DNA of 64,000 nt, taken from NCBI GenBank assembly GCA_003235575.1, contig QJVW01000079.1, positions 25,525 through 89,524 on the forward strand, read 5' to 3'. Below the pieces are notes generated by a model. It was given only the letters and a program-made list of their open reading frames with translations, ran no database searches and was not told the origin of the DNA. Within the stretch, counting starts at the first letter, position 1. The number at the start of each line of letters is the position of its first letter. Positions 41,894 through 53,287 of the stretch are shown piece after piece. The DNA comes from Candidatus Eiseniibacteriota bacterium (GTDB lineage: Bacteria; Eisenbacteria; RBG-16-71-46; SZUA-252). The position numbers and the translations under genes were made by a program.

Positions 41894-43267
41894 ATGCGGC
41901 TCCCGAACCTCCTCGCCACGCGACGCGGCAGGCTGACGGCGTTCACGCTGCTCTACCTCACCGAGGGGATTCCCTCCGGGTTCGCGACGACCGCGGTCGC
42001 CACGTACATGCGGCGGCAGGGCCTCGACCCGGGCGCGATCGGCGCGTTCATCGGCGCGCTCTATCTGCCGTGGGCGCTCAAGTGGGCGGCGGGACCGATC
42101 GTCGACGTGATCTCCAGCGACCGCTGGGGGCGCCGGAGGGTCTGGATCCTTCTCACGCAGTCGATGATGGCGATCACGCTGCTGCTCGCCATGCCGGTCG
42201 ACTTCCAGTCGCACCTCGGCCTCTTCACCGCCTTGATCCTCATCCACAACGTGTTCGCCGCCACCCAGGATGTCGCGATCGACGCGCTGGCGGTAGACGT
42301 CCTGTCTCCCGACGAGCGCGGGCTCGCCAACGGTCTCATGTACGGCGGCCAGTTCGTCGGCATCGCGCTCGGGGGCTCGGGCGTCCTGCTCCTGACGCCC
42401 TGGATCGGATTTCGAACCTCGTTCCTCGTCGTCGCGGGGATGGTGGCGCTTGTCACCCTTCTCGTGCCGGTGCCCATGCGGGAGCCGCCGGGGCCGCCGC
42501 GGGAGCGCGGGGAAGGTTCTCGGGGCGCTGTCGTGGCGGCGCGGATCGGCCGGTTCGTCCGCGACTCGTACCGCGCCTTCACCGGAAGCCGCGCGGCGAT
42601 GGCCGCCATCGTTCTCGCCCTGCTGCCCATGGGGGCCTACGCCCTCTCCTTCTCCCTCCAATCGATCGTCGCGGTCGAGCTTGGGCTCGACGATCGGCAG
42701 ATCGGCTCGCTCGGCATGATCGGAACGGTCCTCGCCGCGGGCTGCTGCGTGCTGGGCGGATGGTTATCGGATCGATTCGGCCGGCGCCGCACGCTGGCCG
42801 TCTTCATCGCGGCCACCGCCGTACCGACGGTGCTTCTGGCGCTCGCGATGCAGCACTACGGCTGGGTCATGCCGGCCGGCGACCTGGCGGACGGCCGCGG
42901 GCCGGCGCCCGCCGGCCTGGTGCGGCTGTTCTGGATCCTCGTGATCGCGTATTCGGTGGCGCAGGGTTTGATGTACGGAGTGGGGACGGCCATCTTCATG
43001 GATGTCACGACCCGCGCCGTCGCCGCCACCCAGTTCACGGCCTACATGGCGATGACGAACCTCGTCGCGTCGTACACATCCACGTGGCAGGGGCATGCCG
43101 TCACCGCGTGGGGGTTCCCGGCCACGCTCGGGATCGATGCCGCGGTGGGAATGCTCTCGCTGGCCGTTCTGCCGTTCATGGGCTCGCCCCGGCGGCGGGG
43201 GGAGACCAGCGAAGGCGATGGCCCGGCCGGGCCCGGCGATCAGTCGTCCCCGGCGTCCGTGCCGTAG
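41894..43267 (+). CDS. AmpG/RhtX-like MFS transporter
   Basis: LYLTEGIPSG, WALKWAAGPIVD, ATQDVAIDALAV, ATQFTAYMAMTN. Confidence 0.82.
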   Translation: MRLPNLLATRRGRLTAFTLLYLTEGIPSGFATTAVATYMRRQGLDPGAIGAFIGALYLPWALKWAAGPIVDVISSDRWGRRRVWILLTQSMMAITLLLAMPVDFQSHLGLFTALILIHNVFAATQDVAIDALAVDVLSPDERGLANGLMYGGQFVGIALGGSGVLLLTPWIGFRTSFLVVAGMVALVTLLVPVPMREPPGPPRERGEGSRGAVVAARIGRFVRDSYRAFTGSRAAMAAIVLALLPMGAYALSFSLQSIVAVELGLDDRQIGSLGMIGTVLAAGCCVLGGWLSDRFGRRRTLAVFIAATAVPTVLLALAMQHYGWVMPAGDLADGRGPAPAGLVRLFWILVIAYSVAQGLMYGVGTAIFMDVTTRAVAATQFTAYMAMTNLVASYTSTWQGHAVTAWGFPATLGIDAAVGMLSLAVLPFMGSPRRRGETSEGDGPAGPGDQSSPASVP

Positions 43268-44583
43268 CCGAGCCGCCGCATCTTCTTGTAGAGGTGGCTT
43301 CGCTCCAGCCCCAATCGCTCGGCGGTCCGCGTCATGTTGCCCCCCTCGGCCGCCAGGGCGGCGTCGATCTGCGCGCGCTCGAAATCACGCACGGAGTCGC
43401 TCAGGCGGCGGGAGGGCGCGGCGAGGTCGTTCGGGCGGGGAAGCGCCGCCCGGACCTGATCCGGCCCGATCGTGGGGCCCGGCGCCATGATCACCAGGCG
43501 CTCGACCAGATTGCGCAGTTCGCGGATGTTTCCCGGGAAGGCATAGCCGCGCATCACGTCGAGCGCCGCCGCGCCAACGTGTCGACGCCTCCCGCCCGTT
43601 TCCGCCGCCACCTGCCTCGCGAAGTGGTCCACCAGAAGCGGTAGGTCCTCGAGCCGCTCCCGAAGCGGCGGGACCGTCACGGGAATCACCGCGAGCCGAA
43701 AGTAGAGATCCTCGCGAAAGCCTCCACGGCGGGTCTCCTCGGCCAGGTCCCGGTTGGTCGCCGCGATCACGCGTACGTCGACACGGATGACGCGCTGGCC
43801 CCCGACGCGCGGGAACTCGCCTTCCTGAAGCACGCGAAGGAGCTTCGTCTGGGCGCGCTGGCTCAGATCGCCCACCTCGTCCAGAAAGAGCGTCCCGCCG
43901 TGCGCCTCCTCGAAGCGTCCCTTCCGCGACTGCGTCGCGCCGGTAAACGCGCCGCGTTCGTGACCGAACAGCTCCGATTCGATCAACTCCTCGGGGATGG
44001 CCGCGCAGTTCACGGCGACGAAGGGCCGGTCGCGCCGCGGCCCGGCCGCGTGGAGCGCGCGCGCCACCAGTTCCTTTCCCGTGCCGTTCTCGCCTTGAAT
44101 CAGAACCCGCGCGCCGCTGGCGCCGGCGACCCGGATCTCCTGCAGGAGGGCGCGCACCGCCTCGGATTCGCCGATGATCGGCACCGCCCAGGCACGCTGC
44201 AGCCGCTCGTTCTCCGCGCGAAGGGTCCGTGCGGAGGAGGCGTTCCGCAGGAGCACCAGGAGACGCTCCAGCGAAATCGGTTTCTCGAGGAAATCGTAGG
44301 CGCCCAGCCGGGTGGCCTGCACGGCGACGTCCACGGTGGCGTGACCGGACATCATGACGACGATGGTGTCGGGACTCTGCTCCCGGATCTCCGCGAGGAG
44401 GTCGATCCCGCTTCCGTCCGGGAATCGGACGTCCAGCAGGACGACGTCGTAGGCCTCGCGCGTGTAGGCGCGCCCCTCGGCCAGCGTGGAGGCGACGTCG
44501 ACGTGGTAGCCCTCGCGCCCCAGCGCGCGCTGCAGGCTGGCGCGGATGTTCGCCTCGTCGTCGACGATCAGGATCGAGGTCAT
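43240..44583 (-). CDS. Sigma54-dependent response regulator (NtrC/NtrX-like)
   Basis: Receiver (VDDE, LLDVRFP), GENGTGKE, ESELFGHERGAFTGA, LFLDEVG, FPGNIRELRN, Fis-type HTH. Confidence 0.94.
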   Translation of the reverse strand: MTSILIVDDEANIRASLQRALGREGYHVDVASTLAEGRAYTREAYDVVLLDVRFPDGSGIDLLAEIREQSPDTIVVMMSGHATVDVAVQATRLGAYDFLEKPISLERLLVLLRNASSARTLRAENERLQRAWAVPIIGESEAVRALLQEIRVAGASGARVLIQGENGTGKELVARALHAAGPRRDRPFVAVNCAAIPEELIESELFGHERGAFTGATQSRKGRFEEAHGGTLFLDEVGDLSQRAQTKLLRVLQEGEFPRVGGQRVIRVDVRVIAATNRDLAEETRRGGFREDLYFRLAVIPVTVPPLRERLEDLPLLVDHFARQVAAETGGRRRHVGAAALDVMRGYAFPGNIRELRNLVERLVIMAPGPTIGPDQVRAALPRPNDLAAPSRRLSDSVRDFERAQIDAALAAEGGNMTRTAERLGLERSHLYKKMRRLGYGTDAGDD

Positions 44584-46319
44584 GACCGTCGCTCCGCTTC
44601 GCGCGGAACACGCACGCGCACGACCGTGCCGGCGCCGGGGCGGCTCTCGACGGCGATCGTCCCGTCGTGGTCGCTCACGATCCGCTCCACGATCGTGAGC
44701 CCCAGGCCGCTACCGTCCGGCTTCGTGGAATAGCCGGGCACGAAGAGATTCGCGCGCTGTTCCTCGGAGAGGCCGGGCCCGTCGTCCTGGACGGTGAAGA
44801 CCACGTCGTCGCCGTCCGCGAGCGCCGAGAGGGACGCACGGCCCGGAGGGGCGTTCCCCCGAACCGCCTCCACGGCGTTCTTCGCCAGATTGACGAGCAC
44901 CTGCCGCAGCTGTCCCGCGTCGGCGTCGAGGACCAAGTCGGGGGCGGGCGTACCGACCGCAAGCCGGCCCTCGGCGATTTCGCGACCGAATAGCGTCCCC
45001 ACTTCCTCCAGGAGCGCCGCCACGCGGCACGGGGCGATGACCGGCGCGGGCACGCGGGCGAAGTCGGTGAACTCCTGGAGCAGCCGGTTCATCGTGGAGA
45101 CTTCCTCGGCGATGGTGCGCACCGCGAGGCGAAGGATTTCGGGGAAATCGTCGCGGCCCTGCTCGTAGCTCCGGCGCACGTCCTCGATCGAGACGGCGAT
45201 CGGCGTGAGCGGATTTCGGATCTCGTGCGCCACGCGGCGCGCCATCTGGCTCCAGGCGGCCTGGCGCTCGCTGGTGACCAGCTTGTCCCGGTAGGTCGCG
45301 AGGTCGCGGCGCATCGTTTCCAGGGCGTCGACCAGCGTGTCCAATTCCCGCACGCTCGCGATCTGCAGCGGTTCGTCCCATTCGCCCCGGGCAACGGTGC
45401 GGGAAAACGCGGCGAGCCGTTCCACGGGGCGCGAGACCTGCGCGGACCAGATCGAACCGAGCAGCACGGCGATCAACAGCCCCACGCCGCCCAGGACGAG
45501 CGACGTGATGCGGAGCGCGCCGATCGTGGCATCGGCGCCTTCCGTGGGAACCAGCCCCGTCACCGTCGCATCGGTGCCCTCGCCGAGGGCGAGCGGGTAC
45601 ACACCCGCGAGGTACGACCTGCCGCCGACGACGACGCGCGACGCCGTCCCCGCCGGGGCATCGGCGCGCGCCGGCAGCGCCACCGTCGCGTCGAGCGTAC
45701 GGGCCATCGTGCGGTCCTCGCCGTCGCGCAGGAGCAGCTCCATGCCGCCCACCTGCTTCAGTCGCTCCAGGTACGCGCCGTCCAGGATCAATCCGCCGAT
45801 CACCGTTCCGGCGCTGCGGCGCGCGTACCGGATCGGCGCCCCGATGATCACGGCGAGGCCCGAGTCGCCGACCACGGGGACCAGGGCGATGCCGGACAGG
45901 GCGCGCGGCGCGCGCACTTCGACCGGCCGTTCCGGGTCGCGGCCGCCGACCGCCGCGCGCAGCGAGGATCCGGCATCCGCCTCGACGACCCCCTCCGTGT
46001 CCGCGACGTAGAGCACATCCAGTCCCAAGAGGAATTTCCGCTCGGCAAGATAGTCGGTCAGCTCCCGGCGATCGCCTCCCACGAGGTAGAGCCGCTTGAG
46101 GACGGGGTCCTCTCCGAGGAGCCGAAGTTTCTGGGCGATCCGGTCCGTTTCCGCACGGAGATCGGACTGCAATCCGCCCAGGGCCGCGCCCAAACGCGCC
46201 TCGGCCTGCCGCCGCACGGTCGTTTCGATCTGACGCGACAGAAGAAACATCGAAAGCGCGAGCGGGATCACGGCGATCAGCGCGGCGCCGGCGATCAGGC
46301 GGGATCGGAGCGAATTCAT
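44580..46319 (-). CDS. HAMP-domain sensor histidine kinase (NtrY-like)
   Basis: Two TM segments, HAMP, ARRVAHEIRNPLTPI, NLAKNA, DDGPG, GSGLGL; ATGA overlaps on both sides. Confidence 0.9.
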   Translation of the reverse strand: MNSLRSRLIAGAALIAVIPLALSMFLLSRQIETTVRRQAEARLGAALGGLQSDLRAETDRIAQKLRLLGEDPVLKRLYLVGGDRRELTDYLAERKFLLGLDVLYVADTEGVVEADAGSSLRAAVGGRDPERPVEVRAPRALSGIALVPVVGDSGLAVIIGAPIRYARRSAGTVIGGLILDGAYLERLKQVGGMELLLRDGEDRTMARTLDATVALPARADAPAGTASRVVVGGRSYLAGVYPLALGEGTDATVTGLVPTEGADATIGALRITSLVLGGVGLLIAVLLGSIWSAQVSRPVERLAAFSRTVARGEWDEPLQIASVRELDTLVDALETMRRDLATYRDKLVTSERQAAWSQMARRVAHEIRNPLTPIAVSIEDVRRSYEQGRDDFPEILRLAVRTIAEEVSTMNRLLQEFTDFARVPAPVIAPCRVAALLEEVGTLFGREIAEGRLAVGTPAPDLVLDADAGQLRQVLVNLAKNAVEAVRGNAPPGRASLSALADGDDVVFTVQDDGPGLSEEQRANLFVPGYSTKPDGSGLGLTIVERIVSDHDGTIAVESRPGAGTVVRVRVPREAERRS

Positions 46320-47473
46320 CGGCGCGGCTCCGGTGGGACGCAGTCGAACAGGTTCACGAACGCGCCGACGCCCACGCGCTCCAGAAACGGGACGAGGTCG
46401 GCATGCGCGACGACGGGGCAGCCCATCGTGAAGAGGCGGACGCTGCGCGGCCCGTCGCCCATCTCGGGAATCGATTTCAGGGCGGCTTGTGAAATCGAAT
46501 CGGGGTCGATCGACACGGGGAGGAACGCCACGCGGACGGGGGGGGGCGCCACGCCGCCCGCGCCGGGCGCGTGCTCCGGCGCCAGCGCGCGCCGCAGCAG
46601 CCCCGCGCCGGGAATTCGGGAATCGACGTCGAACGGGAGGGCCCGCCCGTCGCGGCCTCCGGCCGTCGCTCCCCCCTCCGGCTCGCCGTCGGGCGCCGGT
46701 CGGAGGTAGGGGACGAGATCGCCGTGGAAGAGCACGTCGTTCATGCGCCCCATCGGCGCGAAGTCCGACGCGTCCAGCGCTCCGCTTCCGGTCGCGATCA
46801 GGATCCCCTGTTCGCGGGGGGCGGTGAAGAGGCGCGTCGGGCCCGTGAGGTCGCGGGCGTGCCGGGATGCTTCGCCCGGCCAGAAAACCGCCGCGTCGAT
46901 GTCTCCTCGCTCGAAGGCGATCTCCTGATCGGAGGACTCGTCGTAGAGCCGGACCACGATCGTGTCGGGCCACGCAGACCCGTCGTCTCCATCCCGCATG
47001 CGAACCAGGCGGTAGGCATCGTCGCGCTCCTCCACGATCCGGTACGGCGCGCCCAGTCGCTCGAGGCGAAGGGCGCAGGCGCCGCAGGTGAAGAGGAGTG
47101 GTCGGCGCAACGAGGAGGGATACCCCCAGCGCACGCTCCGCGGCGCGCGCGTGGACGGCGCTTCCCCCCCGATGGAGAGCCGTTCGAGCTTCTTCACGGC
47201 ACCGAGCGATCCGGTGAGGATTCGCACCGCGATGACGTCGCCTGCTCGCTCGCCGGTGAACGCTCCGGTTGCCACGAGCTTCTTGCCGTCGCGGAACGTG
47301 AGGGAGTGGCCCGCCGAGATGGAAAGCGTATCGAGGAGCGCCACGTAGACGCGCTCCCCCCGGACCCAGAGGGCGCGAGCATGCATCGGGACGGGTTCGG
47401 CGGGCGCGCGTGGCGGTGCTGCCGTGAGGGCGCCCGCCAGCAGCGCGACGGCCAGAAGGAGGGCGCGCTTCAT
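46316..47473 (-). CDS. Exported hypothetical protein, first gene of the two-component operon
   Basis: Signal peptide MKRALLLAVALLAG; segment WPDTIVVRLY...AFERGDIDAA is reminiscent of family-5 solute-binding proteins. Confidence 0.65.
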   Translation of the reverse strand: MKRALLLAVALLAGALTAAPPRAPAEPVPMHARALWVRGERVYVALLDTLSISAGHSLTFRDGKKLVATGAFTGERAGDVIAVRILTGSLGAVKKLERLSIGGEAPSTRAPRSVRWGYPSSLRRPLLFTCGACALRLERLGAPYRIVEERDDAYRLVRMRDGDDGSAWPDTIVVRLYDESSDQEIAFERGDIDAAVFWPGEASRHARDLTGPTRLFTAPREQGILIATGSGALDASDFAPMGRMNDVLFHGDLVPYLRPAPDGEPEGGATAGGRDGRALPFDVDSRIPGAGLLRRALAPEHAPGAGGVAPPPVRVAFLPVSIDPDSISQAALKSIPEMGDGPRSVRLFTMGCPVVAHADLVPFLERVGVGAFVNLFDCVPPEPRR

Positions 47474-47680
47474 CGGTGGGCGGACCGTTCTGGGCATGTA
47501 CCGCGAGGCACCATTACTGTGTCCCTTCTGCCACGGCGGCGGCGTGCGTTTGTTCGCAACGAGTTACTGGCAACAATCAGGATCGGCTATCCAGGCCTGT
47601 GTGTCAAGGATGCCACGAAACAGGTGCATTCACGGAGGCGTTGATGAGTGAAATCATTTATTAACAGCAGCTTACACGCT

Positions 47681-47696
47681 TGGCACGCCCTCTGTA
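47681..47696 (+). promoter_or_regulatory. Possible sigma54 (-24/-12) promoter
   Basis: TGGCACGCCCTCTGTA: perfect -24 element, but the -12 element is GT instead of GC; preceded by an AT-rich tract. Confidence 0.4.
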
Positions 47697-47840
47697 ATAG
47701 ACAGTCTCCGCCAGGCGGATTCCAAGGCCCGCCTGCCGGGTCAGGCTCCCGGGCATTTGCCGCAAGCCAATGGCCGTGACGCGGGACCCGGCCACCCGTG
47801 TCACGGATCGGTCCAGGACAAACCGGGAGGGAGAACGACC

Positions 47841-48437
47841 ATGAATGGCACGATCAAGAGGAGCACGACCTTTGCGCTCACCGCGCTGGCCATCGTCCTC
47901 GCGGCAGTCGGATGCAACCAGGAAAGAGGGCAGGTCACGTCGAAGGGGGGCGGATCCGGGGGGGACTTCGGAGCGCGGACCGCCGCTCCATCCCAGGCCG
48001 TGAGCGCGAGCACGGCGGAATTGGCGAACACGGCGGATGCGGCGGTCTCGGCCGCCGACACCTCGCTGGAAGCGGAGCAGACGCCCCGAGGTGACGAGAC
48101 CGAAGTGACTCCGGCCGCATACCTGCCGCCCGACGTGGTCGCCACTGAAACGGAGCTGGTCGCGGTTCCCGGTTCCATCGTCGAGATCCTGGCGGAAGGC
48201 TCCGACGACGTCGTCGAGATGATTCTCTCGGACGGTGGGCGAACGAATGCGGCGTTCCGCTTCGATGAGGGCGCCGGTCTCTGGCGCGCTTCCTACCGAA
48301 TGCCGCTTCGCCCCGCGTCGAATCGGATCGGCCTCTCCGTCACGGCCAAGAACGCGGAGAAGCGGTGGCGTCGGGTGTGGGTCTTCGTGAAGGTTCCCAG
48401 CGAAGTCGCGGAGGCCGATTCCGCCGGCAGTCGATGA
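47841..48437 (+). CDS. Hypothetical lipoprotein
   Basis: GGAGG SD; lipobox LAAVGC; Ala/Ser-rich linker then a beta-rich domain. Confidence 0.7.
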   Translation: MNGTIKRSTTFALTALAIVLAAVGCNQERGQVTSKGGGSGGDFGARTAAPSQAVSASTAELANTADAAVSAADTSLEAEQTPRGDETEVTPAAYLPPDVVATETELVAVPGSIVEILAEGSDDVVEMILSDGGRTNAAFRFDEGAGLWRASYRMPLRPASNRIGLSVTAKNAEKRWRRVWVFVKVPSEVAEADSAGSR

Positions 48438-48453
48438 CCGGATGAACCTGGAA

Positions 48454-48480
48454 GGGGAGGGGGCCACGCGCCCCCTCCCC
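48454..48480. terminator. GC-rich hairpin after the lipoprotein gene
   Basis: GGGGAGGGGGC-cacgc-GCCCCCTCCCC, perfect 11-bp stem; no clear U-tract. Confidence 0.55.
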
Positions 48481-48693
48481 TGCGTGTGCTGCGCGCGCGA
48501 TGCGTGAAGTTCCTGATGCCTTTCCCGTTGAACGATCCAGAAACTTGCACGATCCATGCGTAAGATTGTTGTAGTCTCGTCGGTAGTGCGGATCGTCCCC
48601 GTGGTCGGAGCCTCGGGGGCGTCGGAATCCATTACGACGAAATACGATGTGGCGATTGCGTCTCTCCTGTGACAATCGTTTCGTATCGGGCGA

Positions 48694-50152
<1,459 letters not shown>

Positions 50153-50178
50153 TCCCTCCCGTCATCGATGGACCGCGG

Positions 50179-50200
50179 CGGCGGGCCGAAAGGCCCGCCG
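50179..50200 (+). terminator. Hairpin after gdhA
   Basis: CGGCGGGCC-GAAA-GGCCCGCCG, 9-bp stem with GNRA loop; short T run follows. Confidence 0.55.
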
Positions 50201-50244
50201 CGCGCATTTACTCCCGGACCCCGCCCGTGGCACCATAGTCACCT

Positions 50245-53235
50245 GTGAGCCCGACCCACGAGCCGACCACCCTCGCGGAAGTAGGCAATCCGTTCCAGGC
50301 GTTCCAGGACCTGATGCCGTTTCGGGTCCAGGACATCCTGCTCGTCTCCAGTCTCTACGACTCCTTCACGCTGCAGGAAGACGGACGGCTGAACGAACTG
50401 ATCGCGGGCGAGTTCCTGGATCTCTCCCTGCCGCACATGCCGGGGCTGACCCACGTCTCGAGCGGCGCCGAGGCGCTGATGCTGGCGACGTCCGAGCGGC
50501 GGTTCAACCTCATCATCACCACCCTTCGCGCCGCCGACATGGACGCCACGGCGCTCGCGCGGGAGGTGCAGCGCTCGGGACTCGACGTCGCCGTCGTCGC
50601 CATGGCGTACGACAACGATGAACGGAAGGACTTCGAACGGGAGCACGACCTCTCCGATCTGGACGGTCTCTTCCTCTGGCAGGGGAACGCCCGCGTCCTT
50701 CTCGCGATCGTCAAGTACGTCGAGGATCTCCGGAACGTCGCGCACGACACGGCGGCGATGGGGGTGCGCGTCGTCCTGGTCGTCGAGGACAACGTCCGCT
50801 ACTACTCGTCGTTCCTCCCCGAGTTCTACACGGAGATCATCCGGCAGTCGCAAAGCCTGATCAGCGAGGGGATGAACCCCTCGCACAAGATCGTGCGAAC
50901 CCGGGCTCGTCCGAAGCTGCTCCTCGCCACGACCTTCGAGGAGGCGTGGGACTACTTCACGCGGTACGAGCCGTACATCCTGGGGATCATCTCGGACATC
51001 GAGTTCCCGCATCGCGGGGAGCGCGTTCGGGAGGCCGGCTTCGAACTCGCCCGCATGGCGCGGGAGCGGATTCCCGATCTGCCGATCGCCCTTCAATCCA
51101 GCCGCGCCGAGTTCGCGGATGGGGCCGCGGAGGTGGGCGCCGTTTTTCTCCGCAAGTACTCGGACACGCTCCTGCACGACCTCCGCGCCTTCATGGTCGA
51201 GCAATTCGCCTACGGCGACTTCGTGTTCAAGCTTCCCGACGGCACGGAGGTGGACCGGGCCAAGGATTTGAAGTCGCTGGAGGAGAAACTGCGCACGGTT
51301 CCCGCCGAGAGCATCAACTACCACGGCGAACGGAACCACTTCTCGAACTGGTTCACCGCGCGCACGGAGTTCGCCCTCGCGCGCAAGATGCGCCCGCGAA
51401 AGGTGTCGGACTTCGATTCGCTCGACGGACTGCGCCGCGACCTGATCGCGGCGATCGCCGAATACCGGCGGGAGCAGAGCGAAACGCTGGTCGCCGACTT
51501 CGATCCGAAGACCTTCGATGCCAGCAGCAACTTCTTCGCCCGTATCGGGAACGGCTCGCTGGGCGGCAAGGCGCGGGGCCTGGCCTTCGTGCGCTACCTC
51601 CTCAACTACCACGGCGTCGGCAAGATGTTGCCGGGCGTGCGTATCGCGGTCCCTCCCGCGGTGGTGCTCGCCACGGACTGCTTCGACCGCTACCTGGAGC
51701 AGAACCGTCTCGGCGACCTGGCGTTCCACAGCAGGGACGACGAAGCGATCCAGCGGGAATTCCTCCGCGCCCCGTTGCCGCGCGACGTCGTGCGCAAGCT
51801 CCGCGCGTTCGTGGAGGTCGTGCAGGGCCCGCTCGCCGTGCGCAGCTCGAGCCTCCTGGAGGACTCGCAGTACCAACCGTTCACGGGCGTCTACGAGACC
51901 TTCATGCTTCCCAACGATCACGCGGACGTTCGCGTGCGTCTTCGTCATCTGATGATGGCCGTACGACGCGTGTACGCGTCGATGTTCTCCCGCCAAGCGA
52001 AGGACTACCTGCACGCCACACCCTATCGCCTGGAAGAGGAGAAGATGGCCGTCGCGATCCAAAAGGTGGTCGGCGCCCATCACGAGAACCGGTTCTATCC
52101 CGATTTCTCCGGCGTCGCGCGCGCGTTCAACTACTACCCGACGCCGCCACTCACGGCCGAGGACGGCATCGCCGCCGTCGCCCTGGGAATGGGACGTAGC
52201 GTGGTGGCGGGAGAGCGGTGTCTCAGCTTCTGCCCGCGCCATCCCCAGGCGATCATCCAGTTCTCCACCGTGCGGGAGATCGTGGGAAATTCGCAGCGGG
52301 AATTCTGGGCGGTGGAACTCGACCCGAACGCCGACATCGAATCCGAAAAGGCAATGCGGGAGGCGCGGTTCGGACTCGAGGTCGCGGAGCGCGATCAGAC
52401 GCTCTTCGCCCTCGGCTCCACCTACTCGGCGGAGAACCAGGCGGTGTACGACGGGCTATCGCGCCCGGGCGTCCGACTGGTGACCTTCGCGCCGATTCTC
52501 AAGCACAGCGTCTTTCCGCTGGCCGAGATCCTGACGATCCTGCTCGAGGTGGGGAGCCAAGGGATGAACCGGCCGGCCGAGATCGAATTCGCGGTGTGTC
52601 TCTCCAACGACGCGAACAAGCCGCATGAATTCGGATTCCTCCAGATGCGTCCGTTGGTCCTGCACCGCGAGACGGAGAATCTCGATCTCGACGAGGCGCC
52701 CGTCGACGCGCTCATCTGCCGCAGCGCCCGCGTCATGGGCAATGGAACGATCGACACCATTCGCGATGTCGTCGTCGTCGATTTCCACCACTTCGACCGG
52801 TCGCAAAGCCAGGCGGCGGCGGAGGAGATCGGGCGATTCAACGCCGTGCTGCAGGGTGAAAAACGCCCGTACCTCCTGATCGGCGTCGGACGCTGGGGCT
52901 CCACCGATCCGTGGCTCGGCATTCCCGTGACGTGGGATCAGATCTCCGGAGCGCGCGTGATCGTCGAATCGGGCTTTCGGGACTTCTGCGTCGTCCCATC
53001 CCAGGGGAGTCACTTCTTCCAGAATCTGATGTCGTTCCAGATCGGGTACTTCACCGTCAACGCCGACTCGGGGGACGGGTACATCGATTGGGACTGGCTC
53101 ACGGCCCAACCCGCCGCCGGGACGCACGGATTCGTCCGGCATCTGCGCTTCGAGGAGCCGATCGTCGTGAAGATGAACGGCAGGAGGACGCAGGGGCTGA
53201 TCTACAAGCCGGGGCGTGCGGGGGAACCGGCCTGA
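50245..53235 (+). CDS. Receiver-like domains plus PEP-synthase/PPDK-type ATP-grasp domain plus phospho-His swivel domain (no PEP/pyruvate-binding barrel)
   Basis: ILLVSSLYD and VLVVEDN receiver-like starts; GSLGGKARGL; PLAVRSSSLLEDS; EEKMAVAIQ; C-terminal ARVIVESG...GSHFF. Confidence 0.85.
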   Translation: MSPTHEPTTLAEVGNPFQAFQDLMPFRVQDILLVSSLYDSFTLQEDGRLNELIAGEFLDLSLPHMPGLTHVSSGAEALMLATSERRFNLIITTLRAADMDATALAREVQRSGLDVAVVAMAYDNDERKDFEREHDLSDLDGLFLWQGNARVLLAIVKYVEDLRNVAHDTAAMGVRVVLVVEDNVRYYSSFLPEFYTEIIRQSQSLISEGMNPSHKIVRTRARPKLLLATTFEEAWDYFTRYEPYILGIISDIEFPHRGERVREAGFELARMARERIPDLPIALQSSRAEFADGAAEVGAVFLRKYSDTLLHDLRAFMVEQFAYGDFVFKLPDGTEVDRAKDLKSLEEKLRTVPAESINYHGERNHFSNWFTARTEFALARKMRPRKVSDFDSLDGLRRDLIAAIAEYRREQSETLVADFDPKTFDASSNFFARIGNGSLGGKARGLAFVRYLLNYHGVGKMLPGVRIAVPPAVVLATDCFDRYLEQNRLGDLAFHSRDDEAIQREFLRAPLPRDVVRKLRAFVEVVQGPLAVRSSSLLEDSQYQPFTGVYETFMLPNDHADVRVRLRHLMMAVRRVYASMFSRQAKDYLHATPYRLEEEKMAVAIQKVVGAHHENRFYPDFSGVARAFNYYPTPPLTAEDGIAAVALGMGRSVVAGERCLSFCPRHPQAIIQFSTVREIVGNSQREFWAVELDPNADIESEKAMREARFGLEVAERDQTLFALGSTYSAENQAVYDGLSRPGVRLVTFAPILKHSVFPLAEILTILLEVGSQGMNRPAEIEFAVCLSNDANKPHEFGFLQMRPLVLHRETENLDLDEAPVDALICRSARVMGNGTIDTIRDVVVVDFHHFDRSQSQAAAEEIGRFNAVLQGEKRPYLLIGVGRWGSTDPWLGIPVTWDQISGARVIVESGFRDFCVVPSQGSHFFQNLMSFQIGYFTVNADSGDGYIDWDWLTAQPAAGTHGFVRHLRFEEPIVVKMNGRRTQGLIYKPGRAGEPA

Positions 53236-53287
53236 TGCGTTCGGCGGCCGGTCGGGCGCCTGGCCCGGCCGACCGCCGCCCTCGTTC

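Noticed and set aside
48545-48559. TTGCACGATCCATGC as a sigma54 promoter for gdhA
   Set aside because: The invariant -24 GG is replaced by TG
50245-53235. Annotation as phosphoenolpyruvate synthase (ppsA) or a histidine kinase
   Set aside because: No C-terminal PEP/pyruvate-binding barrel, and no HisKA/HATPase boxes
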